Below the pieces are notes generated by a model, which was given only the letters and a program-made list of their open reading frames with translations, ran no database searches and had not been told where the DNA came from. Position numbers and translations under genes: made by a program. Below, piece by piece: positions 1-11,976 of a stretch of DNA of 64,000 nt. Source of the stretch: Podarcis liolepis (lineage: Eukaryota); assembly GCA_965112155.1 (NCBI GenBank), contig OZ218099.1; one strand, 5' to 3'. The first letter of the stretch is position 1. Every line of letters starts with the position of its first letter.

Positions 1-1849
1 CCCCAAATAAAGAAGATATATAGAATTGATTCCGTAAAGTGCTACTTTAACTCTTGACCATATTAAGCCCCCCCCCCCCCAAGTAACAACACATCTCTGT
101 AAACATTTTTTTCTGGAACCCCAACAGTTTGAATTACTGTTCAGGTTTAGAAATCCTGAACCAGCTATTAGTGTCTTGCTACTCCTGGATTAATCCCTTG
201 TTTCTGTTTGTAGTATTTAAGCCAACGCTTTTGAATGCGTGAAAATTAAATTATTTTACACAGCAAAGCTAACTCAGGTCCCAATGGCTGGGCCTTTCCC
301 CCATTCATGAATGAAGCAAAATTTGATTTCTAGCAGTCCATAATAATCCTCAGGAGTCAGCTCTCATGTGTGACATTCAAATTGCTCTTCATTCTTAAAA
401 AAATCATCAAATGTGACCAAATCATGTTCATTCAGCAGAACTGAAACCAGAAATTGTTTGATAGCCCTTCAGTTACATACAATTATTTTTATACTTTTCC
501 CAAAAATTCCAGTTCATATTTTGAACTGGAAATATCCAGTGAGTAAAGAAATATCCAAAGGACATAATTAACCAGTTTTTAATATGGAAAAATTAACCAC
601 CCAATCCCAAGCTATGCTGCTTCACAGCCTCTAGTTTGACAGGGTATGGGCTTGCACAGACCCTCCACAGCAATAACAGAAACTACACAGCAACAATGGC
701 TGGTAGATTAAGCTCCCAAACATCTGAGTTTTGTGCTCTCCTGGAACACACACCATGATCTTTTTCCCATTCTGGATTAATAAAGGGAACAGTATTTTAT
801 ATTCAAAACAGGTGTCAAACCTTGAGAGAGGTAGCTAAGTGTTGTTTTAAAACTTGTGGGAAGGCCATCTTCACATGATCAGATCATAGTTGGCTAACAG
901 TTTGCTTTTCCATTGAAATCAGACTTCCTTATAGTATATAACTGGTCTCTCCTCCCCCCCCCCCCATTTTGCATGCATATGCTGCAGTTATCGTTTTAAC
1001 AGTCATAGCATTTCCGCTAGCCAGGGAATTTTGAGAATTGCAACTTCTGAGAGAAAGCAACAAGAAAAATCAGCACCCTCAACAAAAGGTGCTGTTCCCA
1101 GGGTTCGCTAGAGGAAGCTATTAAAATAAAAAAGCCCTGAAAAAACAGGTGATGGAGGGAACAGAAGTTCATTGGGGTTTACATTTTCTAAAACAGATAT
1201 TATGTCTATAACATCACATCTACCCAAATCTACTTTAAAATCCCTTTATATTATCTTTTGTATTGCACAGTCAGATCATTGGCCTTGGTACTGTGCAGGT
1301 CACACTGCATCTCAGCAACCTGCTTTTTAACACTTGCCCTTAGCATATATGGCAGTTACACACATTTGCTAAAGGCACCATCTTATTTCATGCTTGACAC
1401 AGAATTTACCAGACACTCTGGATCCCTTATTAGTGGAAAAGCCAGCTTAGAAGGCCTGTCCGTAATACTGCAACAACCAAACACAGAGGGAAGGATTGTA
1501 TTTTCCTGCACCTAAAGCATCCGTTTCCGTATTAGTCTACAGAGTTTGCATCTGAAATAAAAGGAATGCCAAGAAGCATGACAATGTTAAGAGGTTAGGT
1601 TGTGATAAAAACTGGTTGTGATAGGTTTTAGATTTGTAAATGGTCTGTGACACAGTTTTAGGTTTTTACAAAATCATAATAGTGTGGACAGTATTAGCAA
1701 AGTCTGAATAATAGTGGAAATACCCACGCCAAAGTGCAGACAATTAGAGTCAATCCCAAAATTCCCTCTTGCATTTTAATTCCACCTGCCCGCCTTTGCC
1801 TCTGGGACAGTCAGAGAACTGTAAAGTTGTATGTGCATGGAAACAGCAA

Positions 1850-3004
1850 CTAGCTGGATTTCTCCTTCTGTTTTGCTAGTGTGCGTTTCAGTTCTTTCAA
1901 ATTCTCAGTCAGCACCTCAACCTCATCCATCCGCCCGCTATGTTTGGCATCAAAAATATAAGCTTTTATATTATCTATCTGTTGGAGCAGTAGCTCCTCT
2001 TCTATGATGTCTTCCCTTGACACTTCATTATCATCATCCTCTTCAAAAGGATTCGTGGAGGAAGACATTTCCTCAAATGGATTTCCAGATTCCTGACGAA
2101 CTGTGAGCACACGGAATGGATTTCCAACAGCATCTTTAAAGGGATTTGGAGCACTGACAGCTATTCCATTTGCTTGATGACAATCCTCATCGTCTTCAAA
2201 TGGGTTATATTCTTTTTTATCACTGTGCAAGGTTTGGGTGGGCAAGGGAGCCACTGTGGAGGAATCTTCAGCAAAGGGATTATTTGGTTCCCTCTTTAGA
2301 GTGCTAATTACTGGCACATCTTCAAAAGGGTTTATGGGAACATTTTTATTTTGCTCTATTACGCTGTCATGCTCTTGGATCTCTACAAATTGCCCGGGAA
2401 AGACTGGGCTCTCTTGCGCTTGGAGCTTGTCACCACCACATGGTGAAGATGCTTTAGAGGCTGGGTTACTTGTATTCTGAGTAGTATCAAGGTCCAAAGC
2501 CTGTGCTATTTGGTTTATGCTCTCCTTCCCAATCTCTAACTTACTGTGCTTCACTTCTCTGAAATCCAGGGAACGTGTCCGTGAGTGCTGAGACATTCGT
2601 TTTTTATGTTCCCTCTCCCATTCCTTTTCACAAAGGATCTGCAATTGTTCCCTCTCCATCTCCTCCATCTCGGCTTGCCTTCTAGAAAGCTCAATAGCTC
2701 TGTCAGTTTGCTGTTGATCGTATTCATCCTGAAGTTGTCGCAGGTTTTCCTGCAACATCTGGACCTCATCGAGACGATTTGCTTCTTTGGCTTGTTTAAT
2801 AAAGGATGTTATATTGTCAATCTGCTGCAGAAGTGGGTCTGTGAGTTCCTGCTGGCGAGATAAGTTCGCAGTGGGCAGCCAACCTTCAGCTTTCTTTACT
2901 GCAACCCGTTTTGGCCGGGACACCTCACCGTTAGATGCTACCAAAGATCTGGAAGCATAGTCCGTGTGCTTCTCCTCCATTCGTCTCTGCGTTTCAAGTG
3001 TTGC
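1850..3004 (-). CDS. RBSN: RBSN last coding exon (Rab4-binding region, NPF repeats, Rab5-binding region); the 3' UTR continues toward position 1
   Basis: GACTAG acceptor at 3005-3006. The 376-aa ORF in the track lies inside this exon. TAG stop at 1850-1852. Confidence 0.96.
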   Translation of the reverse strand, partial: ATLETQRRMEEKHTDYASRSLVASNGEVSRPKRVAVKKAEGWLPTANLSRQQELTDPLLQQIDNITSFIKQAKEANRLDEVQMLQENLRQLQDEYDQQQTDRAIELSRRQAEMEEMEREQLQILCEKEWEREHKKRMSQHSRTRSLDFREVKHSKLEIGKESINQIAQALDLDTTQNTSNPASKASSPCGGDKLQAQESPVFPGQFVEIQEHDSVIEQNKNVPINPFEDVPVISTLKREPNNPFAEDSSTVAPLPTQTLHSDKKEYNPFEDDEDCHQANGIAVSAPNPFKDAVGNPFRVLTVRQESGNPFEEMSSSTNPFEEDDDNEVSREDIIEEELLLQQIDNIKAYIFDAKHSGRMDEVEVLTENLKELKRTLAKQKEKSS

Positions 3005-6000
3005 CTAGTCACATGTAAACAAACAAACCAATAAATAAAGCAGGTGTGGAAATAACATTTAAAGTTGCAAAGGATTAGTTGTATTCGTTTGCTCCTATTT
3101 GCATTATATGGAAGTATGACCCACTTACTTCATTGAACATGGCATACAAGACTTTCAACAGGATATTAAAGAGCCATTAGTTTTAATCAACATACAGATA
3201 TAAAACAACTCTTAGAAAGGTGTCTCAATACTGACTGAAATATTTACCTGTCTCTCCATCTGCAGTTTTCTGTCCAGTTCTTGTTTCCTTTTCTCTTTCA
3301 GTTCTTCATATTGCTCCTGGGTTGGTAATGACATCAGACCAAGCAATTTTTCCTGAGGAAATATTTTCAAAATATTGTTTTTAAAAAAGGGATGGGCTAT
3401 CAAGCTCTCAAGTTTCAGAAACAGGAAGCGGCACAAAATACATAACATATAATAGTTATACTTACATTTGTTTTGGGGGGGGGTTGGGGGGACAAATTAA
3501 ACACTTCTCCATCAAATATGGTCAAGGCAGCTTACAATACAAGAAGTTGGATCAAAAACAAGTCAAGTGGAATTCTTTTCAGGAAACGGGGCATACCTGG
3601 CTCCCCTATGCACTACAGCTCCCTGTGCTCCCCCCTCTGCAAAAAAGGCTGCTTCTGAACATTGAGGGGCTTCTGGGATGGTACAGGGTGGGGTGCGGGT
3701 GGGGTCTGCAGCATGATGTGAAATTTGGAGGAATTCAGCAGGGCTGTCTCTCATGCAACTTTTCCACTCATTCAATCTATCTGGACCAAAAGCATTAAAA
3801 TCAATAGATCAACTCAGCTTAAAAGTTTTTTAAAATATAATAGTATCTGACATCTAAAAGACAAAAGCTTAAGTGCCAGAAAAAAGGTATCTGGGGAGGA
3901 TATTGTAAAGGAGCTCTGCCTCTTACACCCACCAAATCTCTTAGGGTAGAGGCACCTGGAGTGAAGCTCCTAATTATCTTAGCTTGCTTTTGTAAAAAAA
4001 AATAAAAATCACCTTTTGACTTAAAAAATCCCCAATGTGACTTACAAGTCAATATTAACACAGTGGTGTGACAGCTAAGAGGCAAGAGGAAAAGAATGAC
4101 ATATTACACTTCTGCTTAGTTCTGGTGTTCCTGCTACCACTGTTCTTACCACTGAGCTGGGGGGGGGGCAGCCCCTTCCCAGTATATGTGCTCCCAGGCA
4201 GCACCAAAAGCAACTTTTCACTAGGAAGTGTGGCTTCTCCTTTGCACATGCTAGATGGAATGTGGATCCTGGCTCATCTGTTAAAAATTGGAGCAGTCAA
4301 AGAAGATGTTAAAGACTCTCACCAACTCTGATGTTCCTACTATCACTGATCTGGGTCACTGAGCTGTGAGGCTTACAGTGCAATCCTATGCACATCTACT
4401 CAGAAGTAAGCCTCAGAGCAAAATCTGCTTTACTCCCAGACACAAGTGTATAAGATTGAGCCTTAATTATGCATTGGGTTAAGTCACGGGTTTGTTTGTC
4501 TGTGTCTCTCTAAAGCCCAAATGCACCATGGGTGAAGTTTAGATCAGCTTCAAATGTACATAAAGTACCAGTGCTTCAATCACTGTGACTCAAGTAACTT
4601 TCAAATACTTTTAGTTAGCTAAAAGTAAAGCTAGCTGCCTGGCAAGCAAGCAAGATTATCTCTATCCTGGTAAGCAAAAGGAATTAAAAGAGTTAAAGAA
4701 TACATTCCAGTAGAGCAACAGAACTTGAGAATGTGGAACAAGGCTGGTAAAGAGTGCAGCCTGGTGAGACTCTAAAGGCCACAGAGAGAGGCATTTGGCC
4801 TCCAGGCCTTAAGTTTCCCACCCCTAACTTAGACCATCCTGCAAAATATTTATCTGCAACATTTGTATGTCATATTGTGTCCTGTATACCTAAGAGCTAC
4901 TCCTTCCTCCTAGATGACCTACCTGAACAAAAAGTGTGGCTGAATATCTGATCATTCTCTGAAGCTGCAATGTTCGGGGATGAGGTTGTGGTTCTTCATT
5001 CAGTCCCAGAGTCAAAATCTTCTTGCTGAACCCAAAAAACACAAGTGTATCAGCAATACAAACTTAACAGTCAACTATGAGCAATATGTAAGCATATAAA
5101 ATAGTCTTCCTGGTTATGTTGTCCCAGTTACAATAATGTAAATTGTAGGTAGCTTTATTTAAACGGATAGATTAGCATTGCTTGCAGTACACACTTCATC
5201 GCAGTATTTTGTCACTGACATTCATGAACTCTCCAACAACAGGACTGTATTGTCATGCACACACAAAGAAAAAAATGCACAAAGTAGCCCAATCAAATCA
5301 GTTTTACTTCTTTTGGGCACTGACTGATTAAAACATACTAAGTCTTTGAGCCATATATTTCCCAACTAAGATCACAATACAAACTACAATCAAAATTTAT
5401 TGGCTGAAATTTTTTGTCTTTAAGTATGCTTGGATTGTGGTCTAAGGCAATTCATATTCATTTACTTATACAACACCACCTTCAAAATTGATTTCAAGGC
5501 AGTCTGCAACAATATAAAAAGATTAAGCACAAAAATCAAAATACAAATGCAGAAATCCCCTCTTTTGAGTTCCGTCACTTACCTTAGAGCATCTATTAAC
5601 TCATACATTTTTTGCACCTCCATCCTAAGACTGTTAGCATGTTCCAGACTGTAAGTTGTCTCCCCAACACTGGAAGAAAACATGCATTGTTACCACAATT
5701 ACCTTGGCAAGTGGTTTTGTTGAAGCTTATACCAGTGCACCAGTTTCAGCAAACGTGTTTAGAAACGAGGCAGAGTTCCATCATCAAAACTGAGCCAAGG
5801 CCCTACGTTAAAAGCTTGCCAAGGTGGCACTTTCTAGGTATGACACTTTAAGCACAAGAAGTTGAAAATGTGTTGTTCATAGTTAACAAGAAGATGAAAC
5901 CTCAGAAGCTGGGACAGATTTATTTCAAGGGCTCTTCTTTGGGGGGTAACAAAGGTAATGATGCATGTGCAGACACTTATATGATAGCAAACAAAATTGC

Positions 6001-9000
6001 CTCATGTTCATCAGGCCTGCCGATACCATTGAGTTTCACAACATCCAACACATACAAACACACTTTACAAAAACAACAAAGTTAAAGCACAGAGAGAAAA
6101 ACCCTATGTAGCATCTTTACTAACTCAGAAATGTGGAAATATTCCTCTGACAGTGCTAACACAGGAAGCATTAACAATACTTTTTTTACGTTTATTATCT
6201 GAACGGCAGTTCATACTTTTGGATAATGTAAAAATTGCTTACATAACAACAATTTTACATATCGGTTTTGTGTGATGAATAACTTGCAAGTGAACAAGTT
6301 CTCATGTTAAAAGACCTGCTACCGGTCCCATCTCAGATCAAACTATTGAGCACTGGACTTTGCAGTGAATTTTATTTTATTTATTAAATTTCTATCCTTC
6401 ATCCAAGGATCACAGGGTGGTTTCCAATATAAAATTGTAAAACGAAAAAGTCAGTTTAGCACAGAGAAAAAGTAGGAGAACAGGATAAGGGCAAATTCAG
6501 ACAATACATTTGTGTATGCATCACACAAAGCTGGTGAGGTTAAAAATAACCTCAGAAGGACTTCACAGAATCTGGAAGTGACATCTGTGTTGGGTCATAG
6601 TCTGTTAATATGACAAAAATTCTAGGTAGCCAATTTGATCCACTGCAGGGCGGGGGGGGGGGGATGAAAGCAATAGTAGGGTAATAACTTTATCAAGACC
6701 TACTGAGATGTCGAAGTAGCGAGCTAGCTTTCAAGTTCGCCAGAATGCATCTTGAGCATAATGTGGAGGGGAATAAAAGAATATTGATTTTTCTAATCTG
6801 CTGACTGGAGTTTATGCATCATGCCCACAAGCATCCTCCCACCCCTCACAATTTCCTTTTTCTTTATATCCATCCATTAATATGAAACTACAACCAGACT
6901 TTAATGGTGTGTGTGTGTGTGTGTGTGTGTGGACAATACAAGCTTCTTTCTTCTTGAACATTAAATATTAAAGACATATTTATTAAAAATGAATAGGCTT
7001 ACTTTAAAGATTCTGCCATCTTTATGTATTCTGGGGCCTTCTGGTCAACCTTTTCCATGCAAAGTCGAAGTTTCTTTTTTAATCAATAAAATTAATAGAT
7101 TAAAATAAAGTTTATAGCAACAAATCAGATACACAATTGCTTCACATGCCTTCAATTTTTCCTGTCCTCTGTGTGTAACAACTTAATATTTGGTAGTAGT
7201 TGCTATCCAGAGAATCAAGATCTATTCTTTCGGGAGACCAGGTCTCAGATTTTAAATGTGGAACTCCAGATTTTGAAATCATTTCTAATTAAGATCTCTA
7301 AGACTGCAATTTTAGCCCACTTACCTGGAAGTAAGATCCACTAAATTCAGTAGGACTTACTTACAAGTAAACATGGTTCAGATTGCACCTCTGTTAAGAT
7401 AACTTTGTCAGTAACTGGTCTCTCTTCTGAAAAGTTACAAAACCAGTTTACTCTGAGGCTATAAGGCAACTGGAATGTTTTAATCAATTTATTTGCAGGC
7501 TTAGATGAGTAAGCTGTATCTGTTAATAGCCAGGACCAGAACTGGATCTGGGCTGTATCAGAGTAAACAGTTTCAGTTACAATTTTTTTATACATTTTTC
7601 TCAGCCAACCCAACTTTAAAAGAAACCCACTTAAAAATACCAGGTGAAAACTTTCTTTAAAACTATGAAGTTAAACTAACTTCCTCTTTCCTATTCCTTA
7701 GAAGTATTTAGCTGGAAATTACATGTCATTGGAACAGGCCAATCTTGTTTTTAAGCTGAACAGCACCTAGTATATTGTATAATAAATAATAATAATAATA
7801 CTGCTTAAGTTACTGATACTGGAAAATCCCACTTCACTTCCAGTTCCTGTTTAGTGTCATTTTACCTCATAAAGTTTCACGATGTCTGGTGTGTACTCTT
7901 TCTCATCAATCTGTTGCTCTCTTTTCAGCAGAGTGTCTTTACAATGTCTACAACAGCGGATGCGATCATCATCCTTTTCATCCAAGACAGAGCTCACACT
8001 GCTCACACTACTGATGCTGCCACGGCGAGAGCCCTGAATGCTGTTGGGTGAGCAGTTTGGGCTAGTATGAGAGGCCAAGGCTTCCTTGCTAGCAGTGGTG
8101 AGTTTGCCTGGAATGATACATCCAGAAGATATAATGGTTACAAGCCAACGGTCCAACCAACAGAACGCTGGTCTTGAACATGGGTTCAAAAATTCAGTTC
8201 AGCTCAACTCCAGTAACTCATCATAAAAAGGAAATATCAAGTGCCCATTTTATAGCACAGTTGCTAGAAAGAACTAAATCAGGACCCCCCACATCACCAT
8301 CTTTAGCCTTTAGAGCCCTTAAGTGAGGTTTATGTCCTAGATAGCCATTTATAAGAAAAACTGTAAATCTAGGATTTCCAGAAAAACCCCGACAACCATC
8401 CCTACCTGCCTGAAGCTGGTCTGACTGGGCCTTGCCCCCCCCCCCCGCTTCTCAGCTCCACAGACCCCCCCCCCCCCACCTGAGAAAGTTAGTTCCGGCA
8501 TCAGAGACACGGGTCCAAGACATCTATACCACTGCACTCACTTGCAAATGGGAGGCTGACCAGTTCCATGCATTTCTTGCACATGATAGACCCACAAAGG
8601 CGGCAGTGGTGACGTCTGTTCCTTATGCTGAACTTGTTACCGCAGTCTGGACAAAATGGCACGTCCTGGTCATTAACCCAAGGCACAACAGACTTCTCTA
8701 TTGCTGGAATAGAATGAGAAAATCTATCGAACATCACTAATGAAATCCAAATTAGCAAAGGTCGAACATGCTTGCACCTACCTCTTATCTTTGCAGAATC
8801 TGTATTGGTTCGGTCAAAGGATGTAAGCTGTAAAAATATTAAAACCAAAGGTCTTAATACAAGTTTTCTACTAGAGAACTCTTTACAACAGTTCAGCACA
8901 GGACTCAAAAATATTACAAGGTCTGCTTTCCTAAATTTATTTCGCTAAAATCAGTATCTTTCCCTGAGCATTCCTTTACGTCACTTATCTTGGTATTGGG

Positions 9001-11976
9001 CAGATGTTATTGTCCTTCTAACAGAGAAGGAAAAAATAAAGAAGAAGCCTCAAAATTCAGAGCTGAATGCCTATAATACAGTGTCCCTAATCCCCCACCT
9101 CCCACAACTACTTCAAAAGGGTACTGTGGTCAACAATATCAAAATTTGCAAAGAGACCAAGGCAAACAAACAGGGGTCACTCCCCAGCCATCTCTCTTCC
9201 AAAAATGTATTCTACCAGAGCAACCAAGGCAGTTTCAAGGCTACAACCAAGCAATATTTGAAGACATGTGGAATCCAAAGGATTCTAATCCACCTATTAG
9301 TCAGTTCACTTGAAATTGTGATCCAAACAAAACTATTCTCCACACATCAGAAGCAATACTGTTGTAGCATATAGTTTAAAATGAACTTCCACACATTTAT
9401 GTGAAAAATGCAAGAGTAACCCATTTACCTTTTCTAACCTGATTATTAATTTATTGACTTCCACAACATAGTGATCAATTCTGGCTGCTCTGTGTCTCTT
9501 AAAATCAGAAAGATGGCTCTTCGTAGCACCTGGTAAGAAACACTGTTAGAAAACTTGCCAAAGTCATTCAACTCTATATTCTTAGTTAAAAGGCAGTTTA
9601 ACATGTTATTATTCCTCTCTCTCACTCTTAGGCTGAAATTCAGTGTTAAAAAATGAAATGATATGTTTTCACCATAGTGTTCTGTGCACATGTGTAACTA
9701 CATTCTGTTGTGTTTTTTATTGATGAAATACTGCTCTTTATTTCTGCCTATATGATTTCAGAAGACAACAGCAGCAACATTCCCTGGCTACTACAAGCTA
9801 CTAGAGTACAATCCCATACATATTTAGTTAGAAGCAAGTCCTACTGAGTTCAATCAGGCTTACTCCAAGGTAAGTGGGTACAGGATTACAGTCTTCATCT
9901 CTCAATTACTGGTCAAGCCCAACTTACTAAAAATATATTTTTTCACATACTAGCATGCCACAAGTTCTTGCAGTCATGGTGGAGCTTCTTACATTAAAAC
10001 AATCAATGGCACAACACTATTACATATTTTCTATTTGCACTGCAATGTAATCCTAGGTCTCAATCAAATACAAAACTAAGCAAAAATGTTTAAGAACAAA
10101 GCAAGCAATTAAGCAATAGAGCTTAAGTGTGTGTATAGTTTTGCACTGGATTGTGGCCCTAGTGTTTCAAGTATATCTTCTATTTAAAAGTTCTATTAAT
10201 TCCTGACAACTTTGCATCATTATGCATAGATTCCAGTGGAGATCAGGGGGCTTCCCAGTGAAAGCTGTGCATTATTTGCATCATTCTTGACTGTTTACCT
10301 AATTCTTGGGGCTCCCACATATATGGATCCACTCCACCATAGCTGTAAGACTCATATCGTTCCTGAGGCCCTCCATCAGTTCGGTCATCTTCTCGTTTCA
10401 ACAATTTATTCTTTGCTTTTTTAGCTTTTTGGACCAGATCTGAAAGAAGATCAAATGCTACATATTACACACACACAAACACTTATTTAAGCATCCTTGT
10501 AAGAGTTACCCATCTTCTTCCAAACTTCCTTGAGGTATTTGCCTCTAAGACTTTGAGCAATATAACTGACCGTTCTGCCTCCCACCTCCTGCATCTGTTG
10601 ACCACCAGAATCATGTTTTACCTTCTCAGAGGAATGCAATTACAAGTTTGGTGGGGGGAAGTCCTGAAGGTGAGAAGACCTGTGTAAATGCTTCACACAA
10701 GAATACAATCCCAATAAAATACTTCTACCTGGCTCAACCTGACGAGAATACAAATGTGCTAGTTAATCAGGCAGTCCAATTATTGGCACCTCAAAGGAAT
10801 GTTCTGTATCCAGAGACAGCCTTAATTTGGAAAGCAATTTGTGAAACAGAACACCGGACAAAGTAAAATACAAGAGCACTTTATAAAGGTAGAACAATGA
10901 CGCATTTAATAACGCTTCAAAGAACTGGGAAACAACTTGTAACAAGTGAAGAAAATTAGCACTTCAACACAACTGCTTGCTTTTGCAATTCACTGTGAAC
11001 TGACTACAGAGTTCTTGGCTATTTAAACAGGAAAAAGTAACCCATAATTAGTGATTGAACACATTACATTTCTTTTGTATTTTTATAGCTTAAGCTATTA
11101 TTCAGCTCTTGCTACTAATTTGTATATTCAATGGCTGAAATTGTACAATTACTAAGCTCTAGTTCCTATGCCATTCCCAAAAGACACTCTCAGTGTTTGA
11201 AAGCATCATTGAGCAAAGGTGGATACGTCAAAATCACTATGACAGGAGTACTCCTGAACTAGAAGCAATATGGCTGTGTATATCCTTGTCCTTGGGGGCA
11301 GAAATATGTGCAAACCCTTAAGGTACAGTTTTTCTTCTAAGTAAGTGTAACAGCTGCTAACACCAGCAAGACCATAATAGCATTGTTCTGTAAAGCCTTC
11401 TATAAGGAATTGTATACTAAAATCAAATCCAAATGACATCAAGATGTATTTAATCCTTAGTAAATGCTAATTAAATTCTTTTAATGAAGGAAAAGTTCTC
11501 CAAAGTTTTGAATAGCTAAAACATTTCAATATTTTGTAACCCTATATCAGGTTTTCATGGCCTAAAGTCAGTTGTGCTATCAGAAATGAATGAAAATTAT
11601 GCATTTGTAACCAACTTTCTACTTTGTATAACTGAACATTATTTGCATTTCTATTCTTCCTAATGAAGTTTTGTGTAACTCAAAAACATATACCCTTCTA
11701 CATATAATATTTTCTGAGAAGATATATTGCTAATTATGCAAGTCAACAAATGATAAATATGGTGGATAGTTATATTTTACATCATAACAGTCAGCAGCTA
11801 CTGCCTTCCTTACTTTTAAGTTGTCCTTTAACATCTTTGTCTTCACTTGAATGTTCTTCTTCATAATGAGACTGAAGCTGATAAAACGATTGCAGATCCT
11901 TCAGACAAAGGGGGCACAGAAAACCCTCTCTCACCTCCCCGGGGTCATCAAATGGAGGTGTGTAGCTCGTTGCCAT
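1850..11976 (-). CDS. RBSN: Rabenosyn-5 (Rab4/Rab5 effector with FYVE finger). Spliced CDS join(11976..11814,10439..10299,9529..9429,8827..8782,8703..8542,8107..7866,7073..7003,5669..5583,5025..4923,3352..3248,3004..1850) = 2376 nt, 791 aa
   Basis: All 10 introns are GT-AG and phase-consistent. The translation has the C2H2 finger (CPLCLKDLQSFYQLQSHYEEEH), the FYVE domain (WVNDQDVPFCPDC...RRHHCRLCG), the Rab4-binding DPLLQQIDNITSFIKQAK, NPF repeats and the C-terminal Rab5-binding EEELLLQQIDNIKAYIFDAK. This matches vertebrate rabenosyn-5 as I know it. Confidence 0.97.
3248..3352 (-). CDS. RBSN: RBSN coding exon 10 (EKLLGLMSLPTQEQYEELK...MERQ)
   Basis: TTCCTCAG acceptor, CAG|GTAAAT donor, 105 nt. 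Confidence 0.95.
4923..5025 (-). CDS. RBSN: RBSN coding exon 9 (KKILTLGLNEEPQPHPRTLQLQRMIRYSATLFVQ)
   Basis: GTTCAG acceptor, CAG|GTAGGT donor. Confidence 0.95.
5583..5669 (-). CDS. RBSN: RBSN coding exon 8 (NVGETTYSLEHANSLRMEVQKMYELIDALS)
   Basis: TTCTTCCAG acceptor, AG|GTAAGT donor. Confidence 0.95.
7003..7073 (-). CDS. RBSN: RBSN coding exon 7 (KLRLCMEKVDQKAPEYIKMAESL)
   Basis: Translation matches rabenosyn-5. Acceptor ...ATTAAAAAAG, donor AA|GTAAGC. Confidence 0.92.
7866..8107 (-). CDS. RBSN: RBSN coding exon 6 (FYVE insert and C-terminal part, ...RIRCCRHCKDTLL...KLYE)
   Basis: TTCCAG acceptor, GAG|GTAAAA donor, 242 nt. Confidence 0.95.
8542..8703 (-). CDS. RBSN: RBSN coding exon 5 (N-terminal part of FYVE domain)
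   Basis: Translates AIEKSVVPWVNDQDVPFCPDCGNKFSIRNRRHHCRLCGSIMCKKC. TTCCAG acceptor, A|GTGAGT donor. Confidence 0.96.
8782..8827 (-). CDS. RBSN: RBSN coding exon 4 (LTSFDRTNTDSAKIR)
   Basis: TTTTTACAG acceptor, G|GTAGGT donor, 46 nt. Confidence 0.93.
9429..9529 (-). CDS. RBSN: RBSN coding exon 3 (ATKSHLSDFKRHRAARIDHYVVEVNKLIIRLEK)
   Basis: TTCTTACCAG acceptor, AAG|GTAAAT donor. Confidence 0.95.
10299..10439 (-). CDS. RBSN: RBSN coding exon 2 (NLVQKAKKAK...GVDPYMWEPQELG)
   Basis: TCTTTCAG acceptor, G|GTAAAC donor, 141 nt, in frame. Confidence 0.95.
11814..11976 (-). CDS. RBSN: RBSN first coding exon (MATSYTPPFDDPGEVREGFLCPLC...GQLK)
   Basis: ATG at 11976 in a strong context (ACTATGG). Donor A|GTAAGG at 11813. 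Confidence 0.95.
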
